DNA of 64,000 nucleotides, from positions 310,001 through 374,000 of the forward strand of contig CBFFRQ010000040.1 in NCBI GenBank assembly GCA_965644315.1, read 5' to 3'. Under the pieces are notes generated by a model that worked only from the letters and a program-made list of their open reading frames with translations, had not been told where the DNA came from and ran no database searches. Position 1 is the first letter of the stretch. The number at the start of each line of letters is the position of its first letter. This stretch comes from Caecitellus pseudoparvulus (Eukaryota > Protista > Bigyra: Bicosoecida). Shown piece after piece: positions 11,426-21,984 of the stretch. A program made the position numbers and the translations under genes.

Positions 11426-14400
11426 ATGGATCCAGTCGCGTCGAGCATTCCCTCAGCGGCTGAGCTGCTGCGGGAGATCAGCCAGGCTGCCAAGGAGGGC
11501 TTCATCTCGCAAGATGATCGTGTGATGTTCCGGGACTCGCTCCTGGAAGACGAGGATGACGAAGACATGCGGGAGAGCATCGCCGAGAATCTGCTTGCCG
11601 TGCGCGAGTACGGCAGGGGTGCAGTTTCCGCAGCCACCCCGCCAACTGTGAGTGCTGCACAGAGTGCAACCTGACCCCCTGCGCGCTTCTTGAGCAAGCC
11701 TCCAGAGTGTGCTCATGCGCACACGGTATCTTGTGCCCCGCAGGATGAATTTCCACCGGAAGAACCTTCGCGCCTCGGCTTGCCAGCTGCTGGGCTGCAG
11801 CTACTTCGCATGGCCAGCAAAGGCTCGGCAGGCTCGCAGCAACCCACCCCGCAGCCTCCGACTCAAGTGCCAGAAGGGGCAGCGCAGGAGAAGGAGGTGC
11901 CTGCCTGTCCCCCGCCACCTGCCCCCCGCCTAGCTCTGGCACGCTCCGTGAGCACTGTGGGCGGCGGCGGTGTGGGCGAGGAGCTGGAGGTGTTGGCCAG
12001 CATCTACCCTGACGAGGTGAAGGGGCTGCGGGTCCGGCTGGGGCAGGTCGCAGACGGCGACGACGACATCACCGCCACTCTCGTGGAAGAGAAAGTCGCC
12101 CCAGCAGATGCAGCTGCGGGGCCCGCCAGCGACTCGCCTGTGCTTGTTAGCCATGATGACGACGAAGACGTGCCGGCACTACCGCTGCCCAAGACGACGG
12201 CAGACAGCGGACCAGGGGCAGCCCCACCCGCCCTGCCCACAGAAAAGGGGCAAGCGGCACCGCAAAGCGCACCTATGCCAGTGTGGGCCCGCTTTGTGCA
12301 GCCAGATGAGAACATGGCTGCGTTTGTGAGGTGCCGGGAAGTGCTCGTGCGACTGCAAGTGAACGGCAATCGCCACAGCATCGCACACTTGGCAGCGCCG
12401 GCCCGGTATCTGCTGCAGCGACTTGGCGGCCACCCCAAGAGCTTAAACTTGCCCATGACCACAACGACGTCATCGCGCCTCGTCGTCGCAACTGCGACGT
12501 GGCAAGCAGTGTTTCCTGACGACGTACCCCCTGACGCAGTTGCCAGTACCTTCGGCAGCTTGGCCGCCCAGTTTCAAGACATGGAGACAAGCCATGTGTG
12601 GGACTCCCAGCTCCCTGAAGCCAGCAGTGAGGCCACTAAGCAGCTCGTCATGGCAGCCTTCAGCGCTCTCCCAGAGCAAGTCGCATCGCGGCTGGTCGTG
12701 GCGATTCGCCCAGCTGGCAGCACAGGGGGCAGTTTGTCGGGTGAGCTGGCGGCCCGCTTCGCGTCAGCGCTCAGCCTCGCACAGCTCGTGCAAGCCCTAT
12801 GGAGTGCCATGGAGCTGGCACTTCCTGGATCCGCTGGCCCACTGCCATCCGACGACGGCGTGCGAACTGCTGTGGTTCGAGTGTCGCTACCTGCACAGTA
12901 CCCCGATGCCGCGCCCCGCCTGTTGCTGGACTTGCCCACATCCGCTTGGGAAGATGCGGATGTGGCGGCAGGGGCGAAGGTTGCAGATTCAAGCGACTCC
13001 GGCCTGCCAGCGGCGCTGGTGCGCGATGTAGAGCGGCACTTGGCTGAGCGTGCCCACGAGCTGCGCGGGGAGCCGATGCTGCACGAGTTACTCCTGTGCC
13101 TGGGGGAGCACTTGGATGCATCTGCATACCCTCGGATGGTGCAAGTCCTTCTGCTGACCATTTCTCGGGGTTTCGGCGGCGTGGTAGCCCGCGAGTGGAC
13201 TCCCATCATCACTGCATTGAGCAAGGTGCAGAGCAGTTGCAGCAGTGCCGAGGAATTGAAGCTGTCACAGCTGCTGCCTGTACACCCCGATGAGCCTGCC
13301 TTGGCGGCGGCAAGGAAGTATGTCCAGCAGGTGGCGCACCCCGATGAAGCTGCTGCAGCGGCAGGGACTGAACACACTGCACAGCCAGCTGAAGAGCACG
13401 TGCACACCCTCGCCCACGTGATGGCGACACGGAACTTGTTTCTTCGACCACTCTTTCACTGTGGTGACATGCGGCGCATTGAGTGTCTGTTGGTTTTGTA
13501 TCGTGCAGCGCTCACAAAACTGCTGTCCGCTGGCGGCGTGGAGGAGGCAGATGCTGCCACGGCGACGGTGTTTCTGGCTTGCTTCCCCACTCTGGCCACC
13601 ATGTTTGACACCGCCAGCGAGTACCCCTTACCCACGATAGCCAAGGTTTCCCGCCCTGTGCAGGTGGCAGCCAAACTGCCGAGTGTGTGGGAGCACTTTG
13701 GGTGCCCGTGGCAAGAGCTGGATCCCACCTTCTTTCTGGGCCCCTTGTCCGCCGTCCTGCGCCAGCTACGCGGCAAGTTTGCCGTGCTGCGCGTGCACAA
13801 CGTCATGCGCAGTGACTTGGCAGTGCGTTTCATGGAGGTGTGGCAAGCGTTTCAAGTGCTGTACGGCCTGGACAGTGACTATGCTCGCGTGTCCACTGGC
13901 TTCCTGCCGTTGACCTTGGCTGAAGCAGCGACTGTGTCTCGACGAGGGCTCGCTGGCACGCCTACCGCTGAGGACTACTACTACGACCCCAACTTCTATT
14001 GGAAGGCTAACGTTTGTGCTGCTGCAGACTGTGCGGCTTCGCTGTGCACTGAGCAGAGCAGCACACCGGTGGACAAGTCAGGTCCCGGGCAGCAGTCCTA
14101 TGCGCCAGACCTGCACATACTCGTCACTGCAAACTTGCGCGGGCGATGGCCGACTGGTGCGCCGAGCTGTGAGAACTGGGCAGACAGCCAGTTCCGCCCG
14201 CCCACCGGCAAGCGCTTGGAAGCTTTGCAGGCTCTGCGCGCTCAGGCGCACATTGGCGCGGATGTCGGGCTGCGACTGCCCGAGCGCACAATCACACGCA
14301 GCACGAGGCGCTCGGCAGCATACGACTCAACCGTGACAACAAAGCACGGGACATACCCAATGGGCCAACGCACTAACCTGGACTCGTCGTCGGGGCATGT

Positions 14401-15337
14401 CTGGAGCATTCCCTCGCCCAGCCAAGTGCTGCCGTGCTTCGTCCTGCAGCTGGTGCCCCTGTACCTGGCGCACACTGTGCCTTGGACGCTGAACAATGGC
14501 GTCATGTTTGGCATCTCCACCGGCGGGTCCCTGTTGAAGTTGAACCGAGATCGGCTGGATGGCGGGGGTGCGCTAAACCCCGAGGCACGCGCTGCTCGCC
14601 GGGCAGCCCTGGCAGCAGCTCGGTGCAAGAACGCGCAGTTCTTCTTGGGCAACATGGCGGGGCGCAGTGTGGAGGTCGCGACGTATTCCGATGAGGAGGA
14701 TGACGACGACTTCACGTGGTACGGCATGGGTGAATCGTACGTTGCAACGGAGGGCGCTGTGCGAGAGGATGACAGCGATGTCACGCGCCCACTGGAAAGC
14801 GATGGCTGGGCGACGACTGCCGATGAAGTGGTGGCCACTAGCTCTGTCACCGAGCAGGCCCTCGCGGCAGCCCCTCGCCCGTCTTGGCTGCCTGCACAGC
14901 CCCCAGCCCGGCACATGAGGCCCAAGCGCCCCACAACGGCGGAAGCTGCTGCACTGGCTGCCCCGGTTGGAGGCCTGCCTGTCCGAAGCCGGCAGCCGCC
15001 AAGCCGCCGAAGCCCATTTGGTGAAGGTGCTCAGCCTGGCAGCGTGGACAGTGACCTGCTTGCCGCCGTGCGCGCCAACCTGCATGGTGACGGCGGCGAT
15101 GCTGCCCGCCCAGCAGCGAACCCTGCTGCGGCCCGCGTAGCAGCTTACCTTGCCGCCCGCGACGGCGGTGACGAGGTCAGTGTATCGTACAAGCGCCTGC
15201 GAGAGCTGGAGTCCAAGCGGGTCGCCTTGCAGCAGCGCAGCAAGGAAGACATTCTAGCTGAAGTCGCCGCACTTCGTGCCAAGGCTGCTGCCATGTCTGG
15301 CGGCACTTCCCGCCCCAAGCCAAGGGGCCGACGATAG
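11426..15337 (+). CDS. RWD-domain protein with C-terminal PARP/ADP-ribosyltransferase-like domain (probably inactive)
   Basis: Exon 11426-11647 and in-frame intron 11648-11743 join two ORFs. RWD motifs EELEVLASIYP, YPDAAP, GEPMLHEL; PARP-like VHNVMRSDLAVRF...AYDS...SQVLPCFVL. Confidence 0.6.
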
Positions 15338-15426
15338 TCGTGCTGCATGCTAACACCTACAATGGTTGGTGGTTTGTGGGACAATACATTCGCGGCTTGT
15401 GAGCAACATGTGCAGGCACTGTGTGT

Positions 15427-17679
15427 TTAGGCAGACCCGCCAGCCCCAGCGGCTGCGGACGCCTCGTCTTCTTCCTCGTCATCGTCATCATCATCGTCGT
15501 CGTCGTCATCCTCAAACATCTCTGCAGGCACTGCGTACAGGGTGATCAGGCTCTTGTTGCCGTCACGCACCAGGACGAACTTGAGCATGTCCTCCTCCTC
15601 GTCATCGTCCTGGGCTGCACGCAAGTTGGCAGCGTGCTGGCGCACCAGCATGATGAGCCACTTGACGACACCCCACATGTTCGTGGTGGTGAGGGACATC
15701 TGGTGCCCCAGGCTGGCAGGCTTGTAATGCTGCGCGCCCAGGATGACGTGCTCGTCACTGGACTTGACGTTGGCGCGCGCGACAAACCCGAGGCGAATGG
15801 AGTCTGCACCGGACAGGGTGGCGGTGGCGACAAACTTGGCCATCTTGAAAGAATTGTTCTGGATCTCCGTCGCCAGCAGAGTTCCGCGCTTGTCCATCAT
15901 CTTGGAGTACGGCTCCTGACCCAGCTTCTTTGGGTCCCCCTCCGTCAGCGCAAAGGCATTCACCAGGGCAGGCTTGCCGCCAAGCCGCGTCCACGCGTGC
16001 ACGGATGTGCGGGCCACCAAGTTGATGTCGTCACCGAGCTGTGCAAGGGGAGGGGAGCGAGCTGGTGTGAAAACTGCACGGCGGTGCTGAACTGACAAAC
16101 GACAAGAGTGCAAGTGCTGTCCTCATGTTCTAGGGTTTTGACTTCACGGTTTAAAAGCCGCCGTGTGAGCGGCCAGTCAGAGATTGTTCACGATGATCAT
16201 TGGATCAGCACAAGCGGGCAGGGAGCGTAAAACAACACACATCACGCAGCGTGGCACTCACGTCAAAGCTTCGGTACCTGTACGCGACGGCAGCGGGTCC
16301 CTCCTGGCCCTCGTCAGCCTCGTCCTCGTCCCAGAATGGATCTTCTTCCAAAACCTTCTCAGCTGCCTTGCCATCTGGCAGGACAGCCTTGGCGCCTCCC
16401 TCGGGTAGCAGGCTCTGCTGGCTGAACGACTCTTGCACAGCCATGGCTTCCTCTGCCAGGGCCGAGGCACCGTTGAGCTCGTAGGCCTCCAGGCCCTCAG
16501 GGGGCGGGGAGTGAGATGTCTCACCCACTGTGTGCATCTGGAAGTCCAGGCCATCCCGCACGTCCAGGAAAATGTCTCCGCCTGGCAGGTACGAGATGAC
16601 AATGTCCCACGGGTACACAGACCTGGCACAAGTCATCAGGTGGGCCAGGACGGCGTCGGAAGCGTACACGTTGCCAGTGCCCTCCTCGGCACACTGCTGC
16701 AGGATGGGGTCCTCACGGGCAGTTGTGTAGTAGAAGGCGCTGGTGTGTGGGGGCACAAGCGGCACCTTGCTTCGGGAGCGCAGGCGGTCCAGCTTGCTGT
16801 CCCACTGGCGCAGGGACCCAGCCCACTTCAAGTCGGTGACGGACGGCGTGGGCGTCTCCAGCTTGGTCAGGCCCTCCAGCTCGAACTGGGCCAGCATGTT
16901 CCAGGCAGCGTCCACCTTCACGGTCTCCTCGCGGTGCACGTGGCGCTGCATGCCCGTGCGGCGAGACGCCTTGCGAGCGCGGTTCAGGCGAGAAATGCGC
17001 TTGTTGTGGTTGGTGGCCAGCAGCTTGCGCTGTTTGCGTGTCGCCAGGTCCTCGTATGCACCGCTGCCGCCGCGGCCCATGTCCCCCACGGAGCGAGAGC
17101 CGAAGCGCCCACCACGGCCACGGCCTCGGCCACCACCTCGGCGAGTGAAGCGCCCCCTGCCGCGCCCTCGGCCACCTGCCTTGGAGCGAGTGCCTGTGGC
17201 AAGAGAGGGTGGGTGTTGCACCTTCTGAGCATTGCTTGGAAGGCGACGCTGCGGGCCGGAAGCAAGCCACGGTCTGTCCGAACACGGCGTGCCTGCTCAA
17301 AAGCCGCACGTGGCAGGCCGGCCACGTCAATGCGTCCGCGACACTCACTGCGCCCGCTGCCGTAGTCCACCTGCTTGAAGGTCTTCTCCTCCTTCCTGTC
17401 AACAGTGTACTGGAAGTCAGTGTTCTCCTCACGGTGGCGCGAAGCTGCACGAGGCGGATGTACACCATGAACTGACGCTGGCTGGGCCGCAAACTTGCTC
17501 ACGCTGCACTCACAACGGTAGCGCCCCTGACGGGTGTAGGCGCCCCAATCGGCCACCTTTCCCAGCTTATCGCCTTTGCCGAATGGCACGTAGGGCAGAT
17601 CCTTGAACGCCTCCGGCATGGAGACGGGGCCCCAGCCATCAGGGTTGGCTGCCACTGGCAGCTGAAGGAGAGCAGCCAT
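15427..17679 (-). CDS. EIF3D: eukaryotic translation initiation factor 3 subunit D
   Basis: Exons 17679-17514, 17445-17349, 17193-16262, 16038-15427 in frame; [52 protein letters not shown]. Confidence 0.95.
16114..16211 (-). ncRNA. intronic box C/D snoRNA candidate (guide for LSU rRNA Um2921-equivalent)
   Basis: In eIF3d intron 16039-16261. Terminal stem GTGCTG(A)TCC/GGACAGCAC, C-like ATGATCA, guide GTGAACAATCT immediately before D' CTGA, terminal D-like ATGA. Guide is complementary to conserved rRNA GGAUUGUUCAC. Confidence 0.7.
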
Positions 17680-18056
17680 GTCGAAGGTGGAGAGGCCTGT
17701 GGGCGCGGGTGAGCGCTTGCACAGGTTCAACACCAAACTGAAACGTCACAGATTCGATGGGATTGTTTTGCGATTGCGTGGGGGATTGCAGGCTAGCGTC
17801 CAACGTGTTCTGCAGGGCGCCGACCCCCCCCAACTTCCGCAGAGCACCCCCCCTCGCATAGTCGGCCTGCTCCTGGCGCCCGAGGCACCTTGCTGAACGC
17901 AGGTCCAAGGTCAGGTCAAAACTACACCCAAACTTTGTAGACACAGAGTGCTCAGCCACATCAGTCGTGTGTGTTTCTTATCTGCCTTGCGTTGCAGCGC
18001 TGAAGTAGCGTTTGTGGCGTGGTGGGAGCTGGAGCAAACTCACGTACCTGAGCACC

Positions 18057-19774
18057 ATGCGCACGGTCTTCAGTCTTCTGGCAACCCTTGCGGTGGCCAG
18101 CACAGCCTTTGCAGCTTTGGAACAGGATGCCGTCACTTCCTTGCCAGGTGCGTGGTGCAAGCAGCTGAACCTTGCCAGTGGGGCGAGGCCGCCCGCTGAG
18201 CCCAGAGAGAACCTCCACCCTGGAGCAAGCGGCGCAGTCCCAAGCAATGCCGGCAGCAGCACCCCAACCCACTGACCATGCCCCATGCGTCCCCACACGC
18301 CAGTCTCCATGCCCCGTTCTCAGGCTGGTCGGGCGCCCTGCCAACCAAGCACTACTCGGGCTACCTGCAGCCTTCTGGCGGCAAGTTCCTGCACTACTAC
18401 CTCGTGGAGTCCACCAATAACCCTGCGACAGACCCAGTCGTCTTCTGGTTCAACGGGGGCCCAGGGTGCTCCAGCATGCTGGGCTTCTTCACTGAGAATG
18501 GGCCCTTTGCCGTGGAGTCTGCCGGCGCCAATGGCGGCGAGCCCAAGCTGACTCTGCGGGACACTGCCTGGAACATGGCAGGTGCCAACGTCGTGTTCCT
18601 GGAGGCACCTGTGGGCGTCGGCCTCTCGTATGCGTCGAACCCTGCCACCGGGTACATTCTGAACGACACCATCACCGCCCAGGACAACCTGCAAGCCGTG
18701 CTGGCATTCTTCAACGGCTGGCCAGAGTGGCGCGACAACGAGTTCTACCTGACAGGCGAGAGCTACGCTGGCGTGTACGTGCCCACACTGGCGCTGCAGA
18801 TTGTGAAGCACAACTCGGTGGCGCCTGCCGCCCAGCGCGTGAACCTGAAGGGCATCGCAGTGGGCAACGGCTGCATCGGCAACGAGGTCGGCTCTTGCGC
18901 CGTGCACAACGACTCCTCCGCCCAGCACTTCCACCTGGAGTTCTACCACGGCATGGGGGCTGTGTCACAGGCCCTGTACGAAGACATCCAGGCCACTTGC
19001 CAGGGAGAGTACTCCAACCCCTCCGCCGCCTGCGTGTCCCTTCTCGCCGATATGCACCAGCAGATCGGCCCTGTGGACGTGTACAACTTTGACGGGCCCT
19101 GTGTGTCTGCACCACCCCAGGGGGGCTCCTCATCCAGCGATGACATCTCTGCCGCCTCCAAGTGGGAGTTCGGCACCGGCACACGCAAGTGGACCCGTGG
19201 GCGTCGCCAGACGGCGCTGGAGGCACGCATCTCTGCAGAGCTCCTGCAACGCGTGCAGGCTCAGGGAGATGGCGTGGACAGCTTCACAGGCGTGAAGCCC
19301 GGCCCAGGCCCCCTGGAGTGCATTGGAGACGGCGAGCAAGGGCCATACCTGGACCGGGACGATGTGCGGGCAGCGCTGCACGTGGAGCCAGTGTCCAAGA
19401 TTGGCCACTGGAACAGCTGTGTGGAGAAGACCAACTGGTTCTACACCACCACAGAGGCCAACGAGCCCCGTGACGTGTACCCCACGCTGCTGAAGGCTCT
19501 GGACCGCATCCTCATCTACTCGGGCCAGGCGGACGGCTGCGTGCCCTTCGTGGACAGTGAGGCCTGGACCTCTGGCATGGGCGTGCCTGTGGCCAAGGGT
19601 GGCGAGTGGCGTCCCTGGTACACAAGCGAGAGCCAGGTGGGCGGGTATGTCACCTATTACGAGGGTGACTTCACCTTCCTCACCGTCACTGCTGCAGGGC
19701 ACATGGTGCCCCAGTTCCAGCCCGCCAAGGCCTTCGACATGTTCACTCGTTTCTTGAAGGGAGGCAAGTACTGA
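18057..19774 (+). CDS. secreted serine carboxypeptidase (peptidase S10)
   Basis: Signal-peptide exon 18057-18147, intron 18148-18323; WFNGGPGCSS, GESYAG (catalytic Ser), GQADGCVP (Asp), AAGHMVP (His). Confidence 0.95.
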
Positions 19775-20130
19775 GGTGCTGGCTAAGCCTCTGCTGACAT
19801 GCAGGGTGCAATGCACTCGCCCTGCTGGCCCGGATGTGCGAGAGATTCACGCCGGCGTGTTGCGCTGCACTCACGTGCAGCACGGCCCGACACTTGGCAG
19901 AAACACACGCCCTGCACGTTTTCAAATTTAACCACACACTAATCAGACGCGAGCATATTTTGATTACCTTCTCTTCCAGCCCCCCGCCGTAAGACTCTCA
20001 GAGAGTGAGTGCTGTTGGGTGTGCTCCTGCTGCACTGCACCAGAACCAGTCCCCGGGTCGTTGCCGCCCTTGCCGTGGCCACTTTCAGCGCCGTGTGCCT
20101 TGATTTCGCAGAAATATCACCTTCATCACC

Positions 20131-20776
20131 ATGCGGACTATCTTTGCTGCTGTGATCGCAGCAGCCATCGCGCTGGTGGGTGCACGCGCCGCGACAGGGC
20201 AGCTCCCACTCCGGGGCAGGCCAGCGCCCCTCCGCGTTTGCCGACATAGCATTCTGTACCGAACCCTGCCATTCACAGCCTGCCGTCATGGCTTGCGAGT
20301 CGGCCACAGCCCTCATTGAGGCTGCTGAGGGCTACCGTGACTGCACCTACGTGGACACCACCGGGCACAAGACCATCTGCTACGGCTTCAACCTCGCTGC
20401 AGGCGGCGCCAAGAGCAAAGTGGAGAGCGTGGGCGGCAACTGGGACCGCGTGTACAACCACTGTGCCTGCGGTACCTCTGGTGCTGGCTGCCTGAACCAG
20501 CACCAGTGCGCGGAGCTGCTGTCCGGCGCCGTCAGCGCTGCGGAGGCTGGCGCTCGCCGCGTATTCGGCAACCAGTGCCCCTGCATCATGGCTGTCCTGA
20601 CTGACATGACGTACAACCTGGGCGAGGGCGGCATCAGCTCCTTCACGACCTTCAAGCGGTACATCGAGGAGCAGAACTGGTCTGCCGCAGCCTCCGATCT
20701 CAAGGGAACGCTGTGGTGCCGCCAGGTCAAGTCCCGCTGCACGCGTGACGTCGGCATCATTGCCCGTGGCTGCTGA
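20131..20776 (+). CDS. secreted T4-type (GH24) lysozyme, copy 1
   Basis: Exon 20131-20175, intron 20176-20278; AEGYRDCTYVDTTGHKTICYG matches the T4 lysozyme E11/D20/T26 motif; DMTYNLGEGGISSF...NWSAAA...LWCRQ matches the T4 C-lobe. Confidence 0.88.
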
Positions 20777-21147
20777 GCACAGATGTGCTGCACACCGCCG
20801 AGCCTTGTTCTGCTACAATGCACGGCGTGCTTCGGAAGCTTCGCGACGCCGGCGTGGCAAAAGACACGTGATGCCTCACACTGCTCGCGCGGTGGACCTC
20901 AAGCCCCCCTCACACGGATACCAGGCGACTGAAGGGTTCACCAGTGCAACAAAACTGACCGCCACGCTTCAATGCCTTCAATCACCGCATAGCACTGCAC
21001 CGCCTCACCGAGCCGCATCTTCACGAGAGGTGCGTGTTTGTGCAGTGCACTTTCCCCACCTGCACACCACACAGTTCCTGCCGCGTGTTCGCCGCACATC
21101 ACGCGAGACCCCCTGTGCCCCTGCCACAGAACCCCTTCCTATTCACC

Positions 21148-21781
21148 ATGCGAACCATGATTGCTGCCCTTCTGGCAGCTGCCATCGCACTGGTGAGTTG
21201 TGCGAAGGCCAGCGCACCTCAGGTCGCAGTGCGCTCTGAGCCAGACTCACGCCTCTCCCTTCCCTCCCTGCCCGTCCCCGCAGCCTGCCGTCATGGCCTG
21301 CGAGTCGGCCACAGCCCTCATTGAGGCTGCTGAGGGCTACCGTGACTGCACCTACGTGGACACCACCGGGCACAAGACCATCTGCTACGGCTTCAACCTG
21401 GACGCCTTCGGTGCTCAGAGCAAGATCGAGAGCGTGGGCGGTAACTGGAACACGGTGTACAACAACTGCGGCTGCGGTACCTCTGGTGCTGGCTGCCTGA
21501 GCCAGAACCAGTGCGCGGAGCTGCTGTCCGGCGCCGTGCAGCAGGCGGCAGCTGGGGCGGAGTCTGTCTTCGGCAACCAGTGCCCCTGCATCATGGCTGT
21601 CCTGACTGACATGACGTACAACCTGGGCGAGGGCGGCATCAGCTCCTTCACGACCTTCAAGCGGTACATCGAGGAGCAGAACTGGTCTGCCGCCGCCTCT
21701 GACATCAAGGGCACTCTCTGGTGCAGCCAGGTTGGCAGCCGCTGCTACCGCGACGCTGGGATCATCGCCCAGGGCTGCTGA
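21148..21781 (+). CDS. secreted T4-type (GH24) lysozyme, copy 2
   Basis: Exon 21148-21192, intron 21193-21283; same catalytic motif and intron position as copy 1. Confidence 0.88.
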
Positions 21782-21984
21782 GTGCGCATGTGAAAGTGCC
21801 CTGCCCAATCTCTCCCGTGAAGTGGGGGACGTCCGCTGGGGCACCAATGCACACTTTGCTCCCTTGCACGAGCCTTTGTTTTCAGGAGGAATCTGTGCAC
21901 GACGGCTAAATTCCCTCACACGGCATCAGTGGGCATGCCATCCTGAAACTTGGTCTCAGTTGTGGTTCGCCTTGCGTGGGCCCC

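Noticed and set aside
20768-20779. Gly-Cys-TGA ending of both lysozymes as selenocysteine read-through
   Set aside because: Sequence after TGA is not conserved between copies, no SECIS was recognised, and the domain is complete at the Cys.
20131-21781. Prophage or bacterial contamination suggested by phage-type lysozymes
   Set aside because: Both genes have spliceosomal introns, signal peptides and the host AATGCA motif; no other phage genes nearby.
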